DNA of 64,000 nt from contig JBLNBS010000053.1 of NCBI GenBank assembly GCA_050260175.1, positions 9,815 through 73,814 on the forward strand. The letters are read 5' to 3'. Source of the stretch: Patescibacteria group bacterium. Lineage in GTDB: Bacteria > Bacillota > UBA4882 > JAAYXC01. The translations under genes were made by a program, and so were the position numbers. A model generated the notes under the pieces. It had not been told where the DNA came from. It did not search any database and saw only the letters and a program-made list of their open reading frames with translations. Every line of letters starts with the position of its first letter. The stretch's first letter is position 1. Below, piece by piece: positions 59,332 to 64,000 of the stretch.

Positions 59332-60079
59332 CCTGCGTTTCGCCGGGGTCAGCCACGGTTTCGGCAGGCTCCCCGTGCTCGCGGCGCTCGACCTCGCGGT
59401 GGCGCCGGGTGAGGTCGTGGCGATCCTGGGACCGAGCGGCTGCGGCAAGACGACGCTCCTCCGCCTGGCGGCGGGGCTGCTCGCGCCCGCCTCCGGCAGG
59501 ATCGAGCGCCCGTCGCGCGTGGGCATGGCGTTTCAGGAGCCGCGGCTCCTGCCCTGGCGGGACTGCCTGGGGAACGTGCTTTTTGGCGTGGACGGCCCGG
59601 TCACGGCCGCGCACCGGGCGCGGGCCGGCGAATTACTGGCAGCCCTGGGGCTTTTGGGATTCGAATCGTACCGGCCCGCCGCCCTCTCGGGCGGTATGGC
59701 ACACCGCGTCTCGCTTGCCCGCGCCCTGATCGGCCGGCCGGAGCTGCTCTTGCTGGATGAGCCGCTGGCCGGCATGGATTATTTCGGCCGCACGGACCTG
59801 GAGGAACGCCTGGCGTCGCTCTGGCGCGAGGAACAGCCGGCGGTGCTGCTCGTTACCCACGATCCCGACGAAGCACTCTACCTGGCCGATCGCATCCTGA
59901 TCCTCTCGCCGCGCCCCGGCAGGATCGTGGCGGAACAGCGGGTGGCGGCGGCCCGGCCGCGCGACCGGCTCGCGCCGGACGCAGCCGCGGCCAGGGCGGT
60001 GTTACTGGCCGCTCTGAGACGCGCCCGGGAATCCTCCGCTCCGGATCCGGGCGACGCGATCTCCACGTCTCAACCCTGA
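59324..60079 (+). CDS. ABC transporter ATP-binding protein, NitT/TauT (SsuB-like) family
   Basis: Walker A GPSGCGKTT, signature LSGGMAHRVSLARA, Walker B LLLLDEPLAGMD. Confidence 0.9.
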   Translation: MVSLRFAGVSHGFGRLPVLAALDLAVAPGEVVAILGPSGCGKTTLLRLAAGLLAPASGRIERPSRVGMAFQEPRLLPWRDCLGNVLFGVDGPVTAAHRARAGELLAALGLLGFESYRPAALSGGMAHRVSLARALIGRPELLLLDEPLAGMDYFGRTDLEERLASLWREEQPAVLLVTHDPDEALYLADRILILSPRPGRIVAEQRVAAARPRDRLAPDAAAARAVLLAALRRARESSAPDPGDAISTSQP

Positions 60080-60110
60080 TGCACTACGCAAAAGCTCGGG
60101 AGGTTTTGAT

Positions 60111-61058
60111 ATGCGCAAGGGTGTGTTCTTTAGCCTGCTTCTTTTCGCGCTCCCGGCCCTGGCCGGCCTGTGCCTGGCAGGCCGTGCGCAGGTCCTGAGA
60201 GTCTCGTACAACCCCATGCCCCTGAATCTGCCGTCCATCATCCTGCGGCGGCGGGGTTATCTGGAGGAAGCCGCGGCAGCCCTTGGCTGGCGGGTGGAGT
60301 GGGTCTCCAACCTGCAGACCGGCCCCCTGATGTCCGAGGCCATGGCCGCCGGCGCGCTGGATATCGCCGCGGTCATGGGCGAAACGTCCGCAGTGGTGGC
60401 AAAAGCCGCAGGCAACGACCTGGTCGTCGTGGCGCCTTACAGCGTGGCTCCGGGTGCCTTTGCCCTCGTCGTGCCGGCAACCGGCGGAGCAACCGGCGCG
60501 GCGGGCCTGGCCGGGAAGAGGATCGGTCTGCCGGTGGGGACCACGGCCCATTATCTCCTGGCGCGTTTTTTGGCTACGGAGGGCCTGTCCTTGGCTAAAC
60601 TGGAAGTGGTGAACATGGCCGTGCCGGACGCGGCCGCCGCCGTCGCCGCCGGTCGGCTGGACGGGGCGGTCCTGGTCGAGCCGGTGCTCAGCAGGGTTTT
60701 GGCCGGGGGCAAGGTGCGGCTGCTCAGGGACGGCACGGGCCTGATCGGCGGTTTGACGGTGACGAGCGTGCGCGGTGAGCTGTGGCGCGGGGAGCCGGCC
60801 CTTGTCCGGGCCTTCCTTGGCGCGGTCTCCCGCGCCGGGCGCTACCTGGCGGAGCACATGGACGAGGCCGTAGACGAAGCCGCCGGGGAAACCGGCCTCC
60901 CGCCCGAACTGGTGCGCAAGATCGCGGCCAAGTACCGGTTCCTGGAGATCCCCGCCACGGAGATGCGCCGCGAGCTGGGCGCAGTCATCAGCTTTCTCGC
61001 GGAACAGAAGCTGATCGCCAGGCGGCCGGCCCTGGCCGATCTCGTGGTCGAGCCGTGA
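60111..61058 (+). CDS. ABC substrate-binding protein, NitT/TauT (SsuA/NMT1-like) family. Signal peptide without a lipobox.
   Basis: RBS GGGAGG. Signal peptide MRKGVFFSLLLFALPALAGLCLAG followed by the periplasmic-binding fold. Confidence 0.8.
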   Translation: MRKGVFFSLLLFALPALAGLCLAGRAQVLRVSYNPMPLNLPSIILRRRGYLEEAAAALGWRVEWVSNLQTGPLMSEAMAAGALDIAAVMGETSAVVAKAAGNDLVVVAPYSVAPGAFALVVPATGGATGAAGLAGKRIGLPVGTTAHYLLARFLATEGLSLAKLEVVNMAVPDAAAAVAAGRLDGAVLVEPVLSRVLAGGKVRLLRDGTGLIGGLTVTSVRGELWRGEPALVRAFLGAVSRAGRYLAEHMDEAVDEAAGETGLPPELVRKIAAKYRFLEIPATEMRRELGAVISFLAEQKLIARRPALADLVVEP

Positions 61059-61077
61059 CCCCTCACCCCCAACCCTT

Positions 61078-61157
61078 CTCCCATGGAGCCCATGGGGAGA
61101 GGGGAGCCCTTGGGCTTTAGACCCCGTTGGTTTTGCCCTCTCCCACCGGGAGAGGGC
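61078..61157 (+). terminator. Two GC-rich perfect hairpins with 3-nt loops (CTCCCATGG-AGC-CCATGGGAG and GCCCTCTCCC-ACC-GGGAGAGGGC)
   Basis: Directly downstream of the substrate-binding-protein stop codon. No U-tract. Same hairpin style as the intergenic repeat family. Confidence 0.4.
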
Positions 61158-61239
61158 GGCGCGAATGGTGAGGTCCGGAACAGGGATTCAGACTTTTTCA
61201 CAACGCATCTAATGAGAACCGCGGCATGGAGGTACGCGC

Positions 61240-61701
61240 ATGAACGAACAGCTACGTAAACACACCTCGGGACCCATCCTGGTCAGCGCCTGCCTGCTGG
61301 GCGAGGCCTGCCGCTACGACAGGAGCCACTGCCGGCATGAAGGCGTGGCCAGGCTCGCGGCCGAAGGCCGTGCGATCCCGGTCTGCCCGGAAATGCTGGG
61401 GGGCCTCGGCGCGCCGCGGCCGCCGGCGGAGATCGTGGGGGGCGACGGCGCGGCCGTCCTGAACGGCCGGGCAAAGGTCGTCGACCGGGAGGGGCGCGAC
61501 CTGACCGGAGCTTTCGTCTACGGTGCCGAACTGGCGCTGGCCGAGGCCAAGCGGCACGGCGCCGCCGCCGCTTTGCTAAAAGAGGGGAGCCCCTCCTGCG
61601 GCGTGCGGCGGATCAACGGGGGAACCCCCGGCAAGGGCGTGACCGCGGCCCTGCTGGAGCTGGAGGGGTTGGCTGTCTACAGCGAGGAGGATGTGGACTG
61701 A
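61240..61701 (+). CDS. DUF523 (YbbK/TudS-like) protein
   Basis: PILVSACLLGEACRYD and the downstream Cys residues are conserved in DUF523. RBS GGAGGT. Confidence 0.7.
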   Translation: MNEQLRKHTSGPILVSACLLGEACRYDRSHCRHEGVARLAAEGRAIPVCPEMLGGLGAPRPPAEIVGGDGAAVLNGRAKVVDREGRDLTGAFVYGAELALAEAKRHGAAAALLKEGSPSCGVRRINGGTPGKGVTAALLELEGLAVYSEEDVD

Positions 61702-61869
61702 CTGCCATTGACCGATCGATCGCACCGCTTGCAGTTGTTCGTATTCACCAGACTCCGGAAGGATTTTTGGGTTGCGGCAAGAATTTGGGTAGCGAGCGGT
61801 CACAGTTGATGTGGATGCTCTCTGTCCAAAGATCGCTCAAAATTTAATAATTATAAAGGAGATTATGTT

Positions 61870-62814
61870 ATGAAACGTTATTTATTCCTCATTCCCCTGA
61901 TGTTTCTCCTTTCGCTGACATTATTGGCGGCGGAATCGAATTTCGGCGTCAAAGATCCGGGTTTACTCAATTTGAAAGGCTTGATTTACTACCTGCCCGA
62001 AGAAACCTACGAGATGCCCGCCGATCTCGAGCAACAAGAGCCCCGGGGCGTCATCTACACGAAAAAACTGGATATTCCCGCCCGTGATTTCACAGAGGGA
62101 TTTCCGGGCGTCACGGATCGGTTCGAGTGGTTCGGCCTGATCTACACGGGCACGTTTGAGATCACAAAACCCGGCCTGTACCAATGGCGGCTCGAGTCCG
62201 ACGACGGCAGCCGCCTGTGGATCGATAACGAGGAGATCATCAATAACGACGGCGTCCACGACATGACCTCCGCCGATGCCGAGCAGCAACTGGGCAAGGG
62301 CCGGCACACCATCAAGGTTTGGTATTTCCAGGGACCGGCCACCGAGGTCGGCTTGCGGCTCTTTATCAAGGCGCCCGGGGAAAAGGAGAAGATCTTCTCC
62401 CTGGATGATTTCTCCGTCGGTGTCTCCGCGGCGTTGAACAGCGTCAGCGCAAAGGCGACGCGGGATGGGATCCTCGTCCAGTTGGACGCGCAACTCCTGT
62501 TCGATTCCAACAAGTTCGAGATCAAGCCCGCGGCCGCGCAGAGCATCAAGAACACGGCCGAGATCATCGCCATGTACCCGGGCTGCCTGGTCCGCATCGA
62601 GGGGCACACGGACAATATCGGAAGCGAGCAGGACAACCAAAAGCTGTCGGAGAACCGCGCCCGCGCCGTCAAGGAGGCGCTCGTCAAGGCGAATGTGCCC
62701 AGGAACACCCGCTTTGAAGTCATCGGTTACGGGGAAACCCGGCCCGTGGCGGATAATGGTACGGAAGCGGGGCGGGCCAAGAACCGGCGGGTGGAGATCC
62801 TGATCGTGCCGTGA
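61870..62814 (+). CDS. Secreted PA14-domain protein with a C-terminal OmpA-like peptidoglycan-binding domain
   Basis: RBS AAAGGAG. Signal peptide. PA14 core (YQWRLESDDGSRLWIDNEEIINNDGVH). OmpA core (RIEGHTDNIGS...NRRVEI). The 5' end is AT-rich. Confidence 0.8.
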   Translation: MKRYLFLIPLMFLLSLTLLAAESNFGVKDPGLLNLKGLIYYLPEETYEMPADLEQQEPRGVIYTKKLDIPARDFTEGFPGVTDRFEWFGLIYTGTFEITKPGLYQWRLESDDGSRLWIDNEEIINNDGVHDMTSADAEQQLGKGRHTIKVWYFQGPATEVGLRLFIKAPGEKEKIFSLDDFSVGVSAALNSVSAKATRDGILVQLDAQLLFDSNKFEIKPAAAQSIKNTAEIIAMYPGCLVRIEGHTDNIGSEQDNQKLSENRARAVKEALVKANVPRNTRFEVIGYGETRPVADNGTEAGRAKNRRVEILIVP

Positions 62815-62889
62815 CCACGCTCATCCATCAGCGCGTCGAGGCGGCCGGGGCCGGCACGAATCCCACCGGTGCATATACCAGGAAAGCTC

Positions 62890-63178
62890 GTGATTACGCG
62901 ATGTTTCGGCCCGCGTATGCACCGCAAGCCATTGATGCCCTCCTGAAGCTCACCGGCCTCGACTCAACCTGGGCCGTCGCGGATCGTAGAGACGATGACC
63001 GGATCTTGATCTCGGTCGCCGATGACGGAGTGGGCTTCGATCCCGCCAAGCTCGCGGCGGGCCGGTCCGCTTTCGGGCTGGAGGTGATGCGGGAGCGCGC
63101 CGCGCAGATCGGCGGCGAGGTCCGGATCGAGACTGCGCCGGGGCGGGGCACCACGGTGGCGGTGGCCGTTGCTGTATA
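62890..63178 (+). pseudogene. Remnant of a sensor histidine kinase (C-terminal HATPase_c of NarX/LiaS type only)
   Basis: ILISVADDGVGFDP...FGLEVMRERAAQIGGEVRIETAPGRGTTVAVAV. No HisKA or sensor domain upstream. The sequence upstream belongs to the OmpA gene. Confidence 0.55.
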
Positions 63179-63290
63179 TCAGCGAACGGACGGTCAAATA
63201 CCAGATGGCCGAGATCCTGCGCCAGCTCCAGCTCGAAACCCGCCGTCAGGCCATTGCATACGCCCGCAAAGCGGGATTGGGCAAGGAGGA
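63178..63290 (+). pseudogene. Remnant of a LuxR/NarL-type response regulator (last approximately 35 aa of the HTH only), in a different frame and directly abutting the kinase remnant
   Basis: ISERTVKYQMAEILRQLQLETRRQAIAYARKAGL is a recognition-helix and C-terminal segment. No receiver domain is present. Confidence 0.5.
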
Positions 63291-63387
63291 CGAGCGGCGG
63301 GGATTGAAGGTCTCAGCCGGCCGCGTCGTATGGCAAAGGTCGAATCACAAAAGGAAAATGCGAAATGCGCGAAAGCGGGAGGCAAAA

Positions 63388-64000
63388 GTGGCAATCAGAA
63401 AGGCGATCTCGCTGAACCCCACCAACGTATTCTGGGCGGCATTGCTGATCGTACTCCTGGCCTATCTCTCATTTGTCGCATCCATCGCTCTTCGCTCCAG
63501 CGGCGACAGGCAATACTCCCTCCCGGAAGAATCCATCACCAATCGTCTTGAAGCGCGTATTCCCGTTTTGATGAAAACCTACGGTATTCCAGGAGTCAGC
63601 CTGGCCCTCATCCAGCAAGGCAAGACGGTCTGGTCCCAGGCTTACGGCTACGCCGACCTCGGGACAAGGAGAAAAATGACCGTCGATACCCATTGCCGGG
63701 TGGAGTCCATCTCCAAATCGGTCACCGCCTGGGGTATCATGAAACTGGTTGAGCAAGGCCAGATAGAGCTGGACAAGCCGGTGGGAACGTACATAAAAAA
63801 CTGGGTCTTCCCGGAATCGCGGTTCTCGGCGGAGAACGTGACCGTCAGGCGGCTGCTCAGTCACAACGCCGGCATGCCCCTGGGGACGATCGGCGTACGC
63901 TACGCGCCGGGGGGAGAGATCCCTTCCCTGGAGGAGAGTTTGACCAAGGAAGCCGTGCTCCGGCAGGAGCCCGGCTCGTCGTTTTCCTATTCCAACACGG
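63388..64000 (+). CDS. Beta-lactamase-family serine hydrolase (class-C/PBP4*-like), partial (runs off the window end)
   Basis: GGGAGG 5 nt before GTG 63388. N-terminal TM/signal segment. The SISKS (S-x-x-K) active-site motif lies in ESISKSVTAWGIMKLV. Confidence 0.7.
   Translation, partial: MAIRKAISLNPTNVFWAALLIVLLAYLSFVASIALRSSGDRQYSLPEESITNRLEARIPVLMKTYGIPGVSLALIQQGKTVWSQAYGYADLGTRRKMTVDTHCRVESISKSVTAWGIMKLVEQGQIELDKPVGTYIKNWVFPESRFSAENVTVRRLLSHNAGMPLGTIGVRYAPGGEIPSLEESLTKEAVLRQEPGSSFSYSNT

Noticed and set aside
62811-63551. 246-aa ORF treated as a single gene
   Set aside because: Only its middle encodes a kinase HATPase fragment. The N-terminal part overlaps the OmpA gene and the C-terminal part is Arg/Gly-rich in the wrong frame relative to the regulator remnant and the beta-lactamase-family gene.

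Overview
The window is about 68% GC and almost entirely coding: roughly 57 protein-coding genes plus two tRNA-Ser genes. The gene content is Firmicutes-like (FtsE/FtsX/CtpA cluster, LemA with DUF2207, rubrerythrin, MarR, LacI-regulated sugar ABC operon with a GH4 glycosidase). Three features point to a diderm envelope: an outer-membrane beta-barrel protein ending in Phe, substrate-binding proteins without a lipobox, and an OmpA/PA14 protein. This fits a Limnochordia- or Negativicutes-type lineage, but that is inference from the sequence only. No CRISPR array, rRNA, integrase or transposase is visible. Recognisable blocks, in order along the window: (1) MCP, lipoprotein hydrolase and a DUF2752 membrane pair; (2) a tandem tRNA-Ser locus followed by a small HTH/AT-hook gene; (3) two paralogous polytopic membrane proteins followed by DUF4129, DUF4350, MoxR and DUF58, translationally coupled; (4) amidohydrolase, YyaL and a lower-GC islet (Gln-rich small protein, a GNAT-thioredoxin-like fusion and a zinc-ribbon/membrane pair); (5) a GH31 alpha-glucosidase divergent from a beta-sandwich protein; (6) UPF0182; (7) a PP-loop ATPase; (8) a Gfo/Idh/MocA oxidoreductase and a LacI-regulated sugar ABC/GH4 operon; (9) a lower-GC secreted beta-helix protein; (10) LemA with DUF2207; (11) uvrC; (12) a DUF2089, LiaF-like/SHOCT and SHOCT/DUF4097 triad; (13) a HAD hydrolase; (14) an OMP porin with a long structured leader; (15) an MsmK-type ATPase; (16) the ftsE, ftsX, ctpA, PDZ-membrane and YibQ cluster; (17) MarR, rubrerythrin, a rubredoxin-like protein and a mutarotase; (18) nadE coupled to a NitT/TauT ABC transporter; (19) a DUF523 protein; (20) a PA14-OmpA protein; (21) a two-component-system remnant; and (22) a partial beta-lactamase-family gene at the window end. 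Many long ORFs in the six-frame track are Arg/Gly/Pro-rich antisense artefacts of the high GC and were rejected. Coordinates I derived by counting the text (RNAs, hairpins, promoters, revised starts) may be off by one or two bases.
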